A stretch of DNA of 50,115 nt, filler included, from Catajapyx aquilonaris (lineage: Eukaryota), in NCBI GenBank assembly GCA_000934665.2. It is 2 parts of 2 records of this genome, joined end to end, with 100 filler letters (N's around TTAATTAATTAA, not from the genome) between each part and the next. Parts side by side here need not be neighbours in the genome. Positions count along the whole stretch, not along the records: positions 25,168 to 50,115 come from JYFJ02005436.1; 1 more part is not named here. One strand, 5' to 3'. Shown here piece after piece: positions 27,087 through 39,200 of the stretch. A model generated the notes under the pieces. It had not been told where the DNA came from. It saw only the letters and a program-made list of their open reading frames with translations, and ran no database searches. Position numbers and translations under genes: made by a program. Numbering within the stretch: the first letter of the stretch is position 1; each line of letters starts with the position of its first letter.

Positions 27087-28679
27087 ATACAGTACCGTAT
27101 TGTTGGTCTCGATACTCCCCGAAGTACTCGAACTGTTGTTAGTCTTGTTTCATACCCAACGTGTACTAGGACGTGGGGGAATTTCCGGACGTGGGTACCG
27201 AAGCTCAAAATACTTGCCTATGGGGCCTCTACCGACCGTGACCCTGTGATTTTTGCCAGAGTTAGCGGATCCACCCTGTATATAGAAACCTGCACTATTT
27301 TTGTGGGACCAGACTAAGGTACCCTTACCTGTATTGTTTTAAACGTGTGTAAAGAAATTACATTAGAAAATGTTACAGTACATACTAGTTATCAGTAAAA
27401 TAAAGCTACATTTTCTTAAGAGTCGAAATATAGCAAGTGCCATCCTGATATGGTCAGGGGTGCCAATCGTGCCCTGATGATATGTTATAAGTTTGTATTG
27501 TTTTGAATATTTTCTGAGCTGTTTCTTTTAATATAGTGTTTTATTGCAATGTGTCCTTTTTAGTTCATCATTAGCGCTAACTTACATATTCTACGGTAAT
27601 TCATGGATGATCCCTTAAGGCCAAAACACAAAAAGATTTTGCGGCAGGGTCAAGCGGCAAACGCCTGCCCCGCCAATTATTATTAATTATTGGCAATAAT
27701 AAATATAAATAATAAATATGCCGCAACGCGCGCCGTTTGCCGCGCGTTTTTTTTTTTTTTTTTTTTTTTTGTGAAATGGCCTTTACAGTGCAGTGCTCCG
27801 ACTGCTTCCCAATTTCTTTCCATGGCGACCCCAAAAAATCGTCTCGTAAAATTTGCGACCCCTCTATAATTATATGGACATTTCGATCCGCCAACATGAA
27901 AAGACAGGTAAACAGTGAAATGACCCTACCTTATGGTCATGATTTTCAAGAGAGATGGCATCATTTTGTGAACATAATTTGTAACTCTCCCTCGCGACCC
28001 CAAATGGGGTCGCGACCCACAATTTGGGAAGCACTGCCTTAACTATGCAGGAAGATATGATGATGAATGAACTTAATATTATTATAGTGCAAAAATAATT
28101 TCAAAAAACCTATTAATTAGCAGCTAAAAATATGTACTATATTGTTCAAAAAATGGAAGACAATTTTGCATTTGGGTTCAAAACATATTTTTTTCAATGT
28201 ATAACCAAGGTCTCTCTCTCTCTCTCTCTCTCCCCCCCCCCCCCTCTATAAAACTTGGACAGAACCACTACAATTAAGCTCTGCCATATTAAAACCTTGT
28301 GTTCATTCAGCATAAACTTTTCTCACGTGAGAATAGTGGGCCAGAAAATGAATTCCCTTCTGGCCATGGGAATTCTTCCTCGATTAATAAATCAGCCATT
28401 ATCCAAAGCATCTGTGAATAACCATGGGTTTTGCGGGAACACTTAAAGTTTAAATACTACTGATCTACATACAAAACCTTCATTCCATGGTGCAGTATGA
28501 AATACTATTATAGAGGATAAATTCCACTTGATTTGGTTCCTTTCAGGAAGAGCAGCAGTGCAAAAAAAAAAAAAATCATTTAAAAATTCAAGGCCACGTG
28601 TCATTCCTGAAAGTTGGGATCAGGCAAAGCACTCATAATAATCAATTAATTTTCAGATTATGATGGCGTTCACCAGAGA

Positions 28680-29039
28680 ATGACCAACTCTGGCAGCACC
28701 CAAGATGCACAATTTCTCCAGCAATCTGTGGAAGAACTGCAAGCTAAGATCCACCTGATGAAGAAAATGATGGAGGAGTGCTCTGAAGGCCTTGAGAAGG
28801 ACTGCAAGAACCCCAAGAAGGTCAAAGGTCCATCTGCCACCTCCAAAGTCACTGGTGGACCTGGAACCACCGGGGTGTATCTCGGGGCAGGTGCTGACAG
28901 CATCATAGATGGCAGCTTCCTGAGCATGGTCTTTGGCATTGTGCTGTGTCTGATTGTAGGGGTCAGCTTCTATGCATTCCAGAACCTGTACTACGCAATC
29001 CTCAAGAAGTTCCCACCCACCAACATGAAAGATATCTAA
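28680..29039 (+). CDS. Small uncharacterised protein (119 aa): N-terminal coiled coil, C-terminal TM helix
   Basis: Coding-like codon usage; acceptor tttcag at 28656 with an open frame up to the ATG; hydrophobic stretch FLSMVFGIVLCLIVGVSFYAF followed by NLYYAILKKFP. An upstream exon may extend it. Confidence 0.8.
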   Translation: MTNSGSTQDAQFLQQSVEELQAKIHLMKKMMEECSEGLEKDCKNPKKVKGPSATSKVTGGPGTTGVYLGAGADSIIDGSFLSMVFGIVLCLIVGVSFYAFQNLYYAILKKFPPTNMKDI

Positions 29040-29261
29040 ATAAGAGTTCACACAGCTCATAAACCCATTAAGATCCTTCAACCATAGATTCAGTGTTGAT
29101 GGCTCAATGTTCAGCTAGCAACCAAGTGCCTCCCTTTCTTAGTTCATAACTTGTTCCCAGTGTCATCTGTCAACACCATAGGATTATGGCAGCACCATTT
29201 CATTGTCTGTGATCCTATTTAGCTGATTAAAAACTCTTATTGTTCAACCCATGTTTAATGC

Positions 29262-29518
29262 ATTTGTTTTTTTTAAATATTTACCCCGTGATAGGCCCTG
29301 AGCCCTTTTAGAGGGGAAGGGGAGGTTCCCAAGGGAGGGCACTGTGCAGTAGTCATTTCTCACATTCTTTAAACACCAGGCCTTTTCTCCTGGCCTTGGG
29401 AAGAGTAAAGAGTGCAATTCCGACCCGGCATGTTGGGTGAAAAGGGGAAAAAGACCCGGCCAAGCAGAGGTGATGGAGACGCGATTTGAACCCTGGCCAC
29501 CACACCACCATGCCTCCA
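29262..29518 (-). mobile_element. SINE-like insertion between the TM gene and the B52 3' end
   Basis: 12-bp TSD CATGTTTAATGC (29250-29261, 29519-29530); B-box-like GGTTCAAATC; 3' end TCACGGGGTAA plus A-rich tail. Confidence 0.75.
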
Positions 29519-31612
29519 CATGTTTAATGCTACTTGTCATGTGGTAACCTTGCAGTGCACTAGGGGGGTACACCATAATTCGTATGACCAATAACAAGAG
29601 GGAGATGCAGGTGATGCAAAAGGTATCCTCCAGACTTTTAAAAATCACTGCTTTTTGACGGCATTTTCCACTTTATTTTCCTTTTATTGTTGCAGGAAAA
29701 AATGTACATTGCAAATCAACCTGCTACAATGTTACAGTCTACGGTCACTTAAACCGCTACATACTACAGCGTCACGTCACATGCCACATGTCACACGAGC
29801 AATTACATTAGTCGTTGACAAGGCATGCCAGCCTGCTACAAAAAATAATAATAATGAAAAGCCGTTTCTTCCGTATTCAGCGACAAAAGTAAACATGAGT
29901 GTTATGTGCAAATCTATTCCCACACAATTTGAAACAAATTGCACCTATCACACAAAGCCTGTTCCTTTCACATTCAACTGAATACCAAACAATGCTGAGC
30001 TCATTCTTTTAATCGTCTTATCAAAATTGGTTCTTTCACATAACTCAACATTTCTTTGGGAATCACTTCCACTGGATTCCAGATTAAAATCAATGCATCA
30101 ATAATCCAGATATTATGCCAATTTTAACTCACATCACAATGTCACTCGTTTCTGAACTTATTCTAATGTACCCCTTGCATGTCTTGGATTCCCTCACTCA
30201 AAGTTTACAGGTATTTCCGGTAAGGTTTCTTATCCAACCTATTCTATTTAGTTCACATATCTGGGACCAGGATTATTTATGCTAGGATCTCACTACAACA
30301 GTTTTTCCAGACTTGCAGTTGATCTTCTCATTCTCGTACACTTAGAACACGCATCTCACTCCAAACTTATCCTCTGAAAATGCCTGGAACAGTTTTCCAA
30401 CACCAGCCAGATTATGTTAACAGAACATAAGAATAGCTGTCATCCAATTCCCTCTGGGTTTCATCTGAAGGGTCTTCACTACAGAAGAATACATTAGATG
30501 TGCATCGATTCCTGTCACAAAAAGGCATGACTAGTGCTGACACCTTCCACCACATTGTCATGTAGATGCCTGCATGATCAAATGTTAATTGCCTAGTACT
30601 GAACAGATTTCAGTATTTTTCACTGTGTCAAGAAATCTAATTAATGCCAACTACACAGCAACTCCTGTCACTCACAGGTGTTAAGTCACATTTCCCTATT
30701 CAGCATTTGGGGGAAGCTTTTGCATATAATTCCAAGAACCTTCATGAATGAATTCTTTCTTATTTCCGGAACTCTCTTGTAGGTGGCATTAATTTCAAAC
30801 ATTTATATGTCAAACGGAGCTGATCTTTCATACATTTCAAGTGAATGCTTCTGGCTCTTACATCCAGCAAATGCCTGTGATTTTCTGCCTTCAACTGAAC
30901 GCTGCAGTACTCTAGATACCTCTTATATATTTTTTATTTTTTATTTTTTATTTTTTCCTTTTTTGGGGGCTTATACTTCCAGTGGATGCAATTTTTCACC
31001 TTCAACTGAACATGCTAACACTCCGATCCAACTCTTCAATCCTTTTTTGTTTTATCATTTAATTTTTTAAATTATTACATAATTTCCAAAATCATGAGCT
31101 TATGTTTTTCTGCTTCAACACCTTGAATACTTCAATATGCATACAAACATATTGTATTATTCCATTTCTGTTCACGTCAGAGTGCTATTGTTATCCCCCG
31201 TCCAAGTCAATGGCTTGTATTCCAAAACCTAATCAAGTCACACTTTCCAAGACATACAAAAGAACAAAACCATGTGACACATTACACCAGATTACTTTCA
31301 TTGCCACAAAATCTTCTTTTTTTTCTGTATGGACCCATCAACCAGCTTCAACTTGCATCACACAAATAATGAACCCAAACAATTAAGACTTTAAGAAAAA
31401 AGAAAAAAAAAACTAAAAATGAGAACTTTGGGCAGATAGGTACACAAAGTGGCAAGGAAATTAACTGAGTGTTTTCAGTTCAAAACCACTTCAAATCATC
31501 AAAAATGCAAAGCATGAAATTACAGAAAAGGTAATTATGAAAAGGGCAGGAATCTTTAAAAAAAAAACTCCTGATTGGTTCATCAAGTCCTTAGGTGGGA
31601 AACCAACAGTGC

Positions 31613-31712
31613 TTAGTCGTCCTTGCTCTCTGGCGACTTGTCTCCATTGCGCTCTGGAGACTTGGAGCGGGACTTGTCACGACTCATGCTTCGGGAGTGT
31701 GACCGGTCTCGG
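31613..31712 (-). CDS. B52: B52 terminal coding exon ([32 protein letters not shown])
   Basis: ttctgtag|C CGA...GAC TAA. Candidate AATAAA signals on the minus strand near 29672-29688 imply a roughly 2-kb 3' UTR. Confidence 0.9.
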
Positions 31713-34700
31713 CTACAGAATAACAAGACATGGCAATGTCAGAAAAAAGGATACGTGAAAATGGGAATACTGACAATTCCACAATTACTCCTAGATCAGG
31801 ATGCACATAATGAATGGGCCATGAGAAGGTACAGGAAAAAAGCTACCACTCCAGACTATCATTATCAAGAAACATGCTGTTACAACACCCTAACCGAGAA
31901 AATCTTCGACTTATGACAATCCTCACTACAATATTAAATCAGACTCGTTCAGAAGAGGGAAAGTTGTGCGAACAGACAAAAAAACTGAAGCATTAGAGTG
32001 GGTTTTCACTAATGCAATGTTGCATCATTTCATTATCCATGGCTTTCTTTGATCAGTGAAACAGTGATAACATTTAGCTTATTTTCTGGACTGTGATTTC
32101 ATGTCTTTTTTGAACACTCCTTTTCACAAATTTTCGCTGCTCAACAAAAATAGGTAAACAATTAGTTTGCGGCAGCATTTGAAGAATCACTAGAAAAAGT
32201 ATATACTCTCTATCTTGGATCATATGACAGTACTCAGCTGCATCTACAGTAGTTGACTTTAGTTCATGCACTAATAAATGCAAAAGAATTAAGGGTCAAA
32301 TTTTAGCAACACAGTGCCACCACTGGTGCTGCTAAGTTAGCAGTAACTAGCAGTGGGATGATAATTCCACCCACATTTAACATTTAATTTCAAGTTTAAT
32401 TAAATTAATTTAAATTAAAAGTAAAATCCAGCAAAATACATCACATTCTTAATGGATATACTTCACAATAGAACTTCTTGTCCATCACCTACATGTAATA
32501 TAGCCTTGCTTAGATTTATCGTTTTCAATAATAAAAGCATCTCAGAAATCATTTTACTATGCTGTCAAGTCAAACAATTCTACCCTAAACTAATGATGTT
32601 GAAATTTGTTCCAAAAGTTGACATTCTTGCCTGCTAAGAAGCTTACCAATCAAACCATCCCAGTGAAAACTGACCTGGACTTGGAGTGATTCTCCTTAAG
32701 TGGCAGAGGAGATCTCGACCTGGAGTGAGATCTGGACTTGGACATGGGGGTCTTCGACTTGGACTTGGACCTCCCCCTGGACCTGGACCTGGACCTGGAC
32801 TTGGAAGCATCAGCAGCCCTCTCTCGATCCCTATCACGGTCCCTGTCCCGACCACCTCCATCCCTGTCACGATCCCGATCTCTGTCCCCACCTCTTCCAG
32901 CCCTGGCATCACGAGGAGACTTGCTGCGGCTGCGGCTGCTGTGCCGGCTGCGGCTGCGTCTTGGGCTGCGACTGCAATACCTGCTTGTTAATGCACTTCA
33001 TAGAGCCAACGATTTGGTTAACGCTACAATATGCAAGTTGAGTGGACTTACCTTGACCGTGACCTGGGAGAACGAGACCTGGAACGGGAGCGGCGGCGAG
33101 ACCGGGATCGGGAACGTGATCGGGAGCTGGAAGAGCGGGAGCGGCGGCGGCGGCGAGTATCCTCAACCAGGCGAATGCGACGTCCACTCAGATCAGTGTC
33201 ATCTAGTTTGTCAATTGCATTCTTCAGGTCCGTGTAAGTGGCGAACTCTACCACCCTGTCATACGAGAGAATAGGATGGCTCTTATTACACAACTCACGT
33301 TAAAACCATCAGCCTTACAGCTGCCCTAATGCATTAACTATGGTGATCACATTCCAAAGGAACATACTTCACTCTGTCAGATACTCCTTGAGATTGTAAA
33401 AGGGACACGGCACTTGATTTGCATATCAGGCGGAAAGTCAACTCCAAATGTACAAGTTTGGGGCCGTACACATATTACGTCATCACATTTTTGAACCCCC
33501 ACCCCCCAGGTCATACTTTGTCATCATTTGGCAACCCCCTCCCCCGGTTTCTGGTTGGTTTATTCATCTCAACTTGGACCCCCCCCCCCCCCCCCCCCCC
33601 CCCCCNCCCCCTCCCCCTCTCGCCATCTTTAGTCATCAGGTAGCAAATCTCCTCCCCCCTTCGATGATGACGTAATATGTGTAAGGCCCCCTTTCTCGAA
33701 ATTGCAAGGTAAGCCCAGGTGAGGTACATTCGGAGAGAAACCCACTATATCAGGGCTATTCAACTGGCGGACCGCGACGATATACAGGCTAGTTTGAAAT
33801 AGCATTAGAAAATACTAATTCATGATTTTTTGGAAAAAGTGCTACCAATTTCATCACATACACACCCATTCAAATCTCCCACATTCACTTAAGCTCGTTG
33901 ATTTTGAACCCCCCAAAAATTTAAGCCTGCGGCCGGATTGCTCTCAGCCCTTTGCGGGTTGTTCACCTTGTGCTTTTGAAATAGGGCCCCCTCCGATATT
34001 TTTTCTGCCTGCGGGCCTGTACAGGACATCAGAGAGGGTGAAAATGTCTTGATAGGCCCTTCTACCCCTGCTGCACATGTTTCTATTTTCAAAAATGAAC
34101 CCTGTGGTACCATATAAAATCCATATCTTTACACTCGGGGAGGGGGGTGTGTGTGTGTGGGGGTGGGGGGGTGGGGTGGGGGGGGTTTGTTGTTGGGGAA
34201 AGAGGTCCGGACCTTCAATGGCCCAGGAAAGGTAAATACTGGACCTTGTCATAAACTAGTTGAATAGCCCTCCACTATACAGGGTCGACCAACTTCAAGT
34301 GTCGTTTCATAACGGCGATTAATAGCAGTGATTTTGCGATGACGTAGCAGCGACGTGTAAAATGTCCCACTTCGGCGCCATTGAAAATATTAGCTGCCAA
34401 TAGCAGCACACATGTAATAAACCCTGCTGCTGGGTTGACCTGGAAAAAAGGAGGTGCACACATGACCTGCGATGCGCCTGGGTGACGTCCAAGGCACCAG
34501 ATGGATTATGGACCTGTAATGCAAGGGGGAAGCCTGCAAACGAAACACAGCTAATATTTTCGATAGCACCAAAGTGGGCCATTTTACACGTCGCTGCTAC
34601 ATCAATCGTAAAGTACTTCTATTAATAGCCGTTATAAAACAACACTTGAAGTTGGTCCACCCTGTATATCTTGGTTCTGGTGTTCTGCCTACAACTACAA

Positions 34701-36231
34701 CAACTACAAAGAAGGTAAAAACCTAGAAATCCATTCTCTAATTATGTACGAAAGTGCATCATATCTTAATATCAATTATTTACATATGAAAAGCACAAGC
34801 ACCTGAATAATATTTCCTTTACCAGTGTAATGTTTTTAATGAGACAATGTTCACTTCACTTGGTACCCTCACTTTCTCTTTGGAGCATGCATGGAAATTT
34901 GAAAGTAGGAGGTGCCAGACGTGCATTCTTGGGGAACCGCTGGCTATGGTATGGTAGCAGTGATGTTATTAGTGAAAAAATTAATAAAACACACGTACCC
35001 TTCATTTCGACGCTGCTTGTGCGCATCAGCGTAAGTCACTTCGCCGGCCTGCCTCATGTAGTCTTTCAGGTCCTTTGGCAAGAAAAAAGCAAGAAGCAGC
35101 AACACATTAGAAAATTGCATTCAAGGCATGACACGCTTAGATGAGTGCCATAAATATATTTAGAAAAGAAAAGAAAAAAATCCTAACTTCTTTCTCACAT
35201 AACCTAGTCTGCCCAAGCCCATAATTGTAACACCTCTGTGGTGCCTTACGTATGCACCCAGACTAACCAAACAACTGAGGGAAAGTGCACCTGCACAAAG
35301 TGCATCAAAGAAAATCTGTGCTCTAGTGCCACTTATAAAAATCCCATGCAATCAGCTGTCAAATTCACCTGCACTGTATCTGTCAGTCCTATAATTTAAA
35401 TACCCTGCAACTATGTATAACCCTGACACCCACAAAGTTGATTCGTCAGGAACAGTGACATCTGTGCAATGACAGAAGTGAAAAAGTAACAATGACACAG
35501 ACAAATAACTTTTAGAACTCCTTTACGGATACACCTTCAATGGAAATAAAATTATAACGGCTCTGGCAACATGTGAAATCAACAATCTTGGAAATCCCTT
35601 CCGCTGGTTCTACAAGTCCTAAATGTATGCTGAAAAATTTTAGTGCGAGCCCATGAAATTGCAAATTCACAATATCCCCATAATACACCAACAGGATAAG
35701 AGGACTTCACACGTCAGGAATAAAAGGACAATTTTTGTCTCAATGATTTTCCAGTGACTTAAGTGTGGCACAACCTATTTAGGTCAACTTCTCATTGTGA
35801 AAATTGCAGAAGTGGCTCTTAGGTTCCCTCTTTGCACAGCAAATACACAATCAATGTCAAAGCCCAGCTCGAGACAACTTATGAAGTGTTTTTGCAGGTC
35901 TACACATCTTTCATAAACTTGGGTCACAAACCTTTCGAAACAGCAATTTAGTCCCACTAAGTTAGTTTGGGTGCTGTTCTTATCAATAAAATTTCTATGA
36001 GTAAAAGTAAACATGCCAAACAGGCAGTGTGCACAGCGAAACACTTTCGCTGGACACAATCGCCATGTGACTAAGAATTCTTATCTCAGAAATGTACAAT
36101 ACATAAAACAGTGTATAGTTATATAGATAATTATTATATATAGTGGCTGTTGGTGTGCATTTACCTTGGGGCCCTTGCGAGAGAGGCCCGGATTGCGAGG
36201 CCCTGGAACCCCCACATGGCACGGTAGGTAG

Positions 36232-36262
<31 letters not shown>

Positions 36263-39200
36263 TGGTAGCAAGGGGGGCACCCCCTTTTGGACCCTTGGAC
36301 ATTCTCACACCGGGGGCTTAGAGGCCACAGACCCACAGACGGGGGGGAGGGACGGGACCCTCATCGCATAAAGAGGCCGCCAGACCCAAACACAGGCACA
36401 GGGGGGTTCGCTCGCTTTGTCTCCCTCGCTCTCTCTCCCTCATTCCTCTCTCGCTTTGCCTCGCTTACGGACCAGTCGGCAATACAGACCGGGTTGGTGT
36501 AGGATCATGGAATGGTTGGTTGGTACGCTTTTTTTGGCAGTAGTAGTAGGCGGGGTGGCCCTCACACCATTGGCCACCATTGGAACCTCCGGGTCTCAGG
36601 TCACGTCATCGGACAGCACACGTCAGGTACGTCATGGCCTTCTAAAAACGACCCCCTTTTTTTACTCCCGTTTTTTTTTTGTTTTTTGTTTTTTTTTTGG
36701 TCGGGCAAAATAAAGGTTTGGAGAAAAAAAAGGACCTGCAGCCCCCTTTGATAGGCAGTAGTTCTCTACATACAGAAATTCAAAATTGACCCGGCGCCTA
36801 TGTCATTAATAATTCCTGTCAATGAATACTCTCATAACCCTATGATATGCCCAAAATCTATATCCGACTTTTGTCTCCTCAGGGGGGCGCAGGTATAAGA
36901 GCCCTTTCTTCAAAGAAGCACTGTTAGATGTTCAGCACTTGCCATTTGCAACATCTTTTCTTATAACTGAGAAGGCATCTTACCTACCCCCCTTATTTTC
37001 TCTGCTGCTGGTTACATGTACCTTGCAATATTGACTCCCTCAGGAACAGTAACCATGTTCACTGAAGGAATCAAAGCAAGTCCATTACAGATTTCATTAG
37101 AAAAAAAATAACATGTGCAAATATGACTTCTGTCCCTACTAATTGAAATCAACGTAGGGTAGGGTGGATATAAAAGGCGGATACTTAAAACCAATGCCGA
37201 TTTTTCCCACATACCTGCCAGCTGACTCGACTTGACAGGTTCTCCACAATCAGCCTATACTCCGTCCTAGTCGGCGGGCCATACCTACAGATGGTTGGAA
37301 GAAAAAAGAGGGAGAAGGTAATCCACACCTGTCGAAATCATGCCCCACTCGATGTCCTTAGGAAGGGAGGATAAGGAAGTGCATGTGCCCCAAAAACATA
37401 GCTGCCCTTAGGTAGCGTCTTAGGGTGGTAAAACAGGCACCTCATGCAAGTTGCAATGTGGGTGTGCAGGTGCAATAGGTTAGAGCAGGACCCGGTCACT
37501 CATATACCTTATACATTGCTCCCCCTGTGAGCTTCGCTCTTCTCCCCCACCAGGGGGGTTTGCCACAGCGGCGCTGGGATCAGAAGCCAACGTAAGTGGT
37601 GCCACCACTAGCCTGGAGTACTACAGCCAATCGGAGTCGACCGAAAGGTTCAGAATTGACTAGTGGCGGTGCCACCTATGTTGGTTCCTGATCACAGCGC
37701 CACCGTGGCAAACCCCCCCCTGTTAGGGGAGAAGAGCTTAAACTCTCACAAAAAGGAGGGGAGTGGCCGCCACCTGGGTTAGAGAGTCCCCTCCTAGCTA
37801 AAATGGCCACCCCCTAAGCAGTGCAACTGGTCCCTTTTCCCTGCAATTTTGCATGGAGGTGTGGGGTAAGCGCAAAGTGAGTTGCAATGTGGCAGACACG
37901 GCTGAATGACTCGTCTGAGCAGCAGGGTATCTACCTTGTTAATTTTGGATGGGAAGATGTAATCCTTGGAATTATTTGAACTTTCAGATGGCCTATTTTT
38001 GATGCACTTCATACTTTCAATGAGCTCATTTTTAAATTCAGCTATTGCAACCACAGGGCGCAAATGGAACATTAATTGCATTTGTAGTGGCCAAATTATT
38101 TACATCTACTTCATTATTGTCCCTCTTTAAATTCTGAATTTATCAAAATTACTCAATTTACTGTTCTCAGCACACAATATATCACCAGTCTGTCAGCCTG
38201 TCCTTGACTTGGCTTCCTTTAATTCATGAGTCCAGCAGGGCCATCCTCTCCCCTATCCATCCCTCTCATCTCCCTCTCTCCTGTTCCCCCTCCGCTGGTG
38301 CCTGAGGCTGATAGGACATCAAAATTTCATATTTCCCAGATAGCGTCAGCAACAGGGGGGTGAAGATGCGGGGGTCACTTGCAGCTGGCTGCAACAACTC
38401 ACATCAAGAGTCCATGTTAGCTCCTAGAGCAAAATGGCAGGAGCAGAGCTGCCAGTTGCCAAGTCACCACAGGAACACCCCCTTTTGCACCAAGCACCCA
38501 TTTTACAGCCCTTAGATTGCAAGTATTGCAACTACCAGTGTCAACTACTCAAGACTACAAGCCAGCTGTATAAACACAAATCAAAGGAGTAAAATCCCCA
38601 GTAAAATCTCCAATTATCTCGATTACATACCATGATTACCTATATGTAATCGAAGGTTTTCCCATTTTGCTCTGATACAACTGGCCCTCATATACTGTTA
38701 ATCACTTTATATAACTCTCACCTCATGCTTTGTTACCACAGGTCACAAAACTATTGGGCTTGTAATTACAATACTTGTTTTCTAAAGCCCCAAGCAGACT
38801 AGAAACACTTGGTATTGATGTTTCACAAGTTCCCATATTTCAAATGTACCACTCAAGAGCCCACTTTGTTCTGGACATTACATTCAGTTCTGCAGGAATA
38901 TACTTTTTCTGCTCCTGGGAAAGAGCCTGTTGTGGGCAACGTAGAGGCAATCAAATCAAGACTGAATGGACTGCAGTGGCTCCTCTGGCAGCAACAACGG
39001 GAAGCAATCAACCATTTCGAAGGTCCAAAACAGGTGGGCTGATATAGTGGGAGGAAGGCATGCCAAACAGGTTTCATCTTCTGAGGTTCAGGAATGGGGG
39101 CTGGGACCTTTTCACCACCAAGCCTTTGGGGGATGCATATCCACCATGAGGAGAGCCTGTGGTAACACCTCAAGGAAACAACTATGTCTGGAATGGAACA

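Noticed and set aside
28653..29081. 142-aa minus-strand ORF
   Set aside because: Antisense shadow of the plus-strand TM protein gene.
30412..30478. Alternative terminal B52 exon (SEDPSDETQRELDDSYSYVLLT*)
   Set aside because: It has a plausible acceptor and phase but no other support; it may be chance 3' UTR sequence.
32686..33274. Plus-strand ORFs rich in DL/RL/WT repeats
   Set aside because: Antisense shadows of the B52 RS domain.
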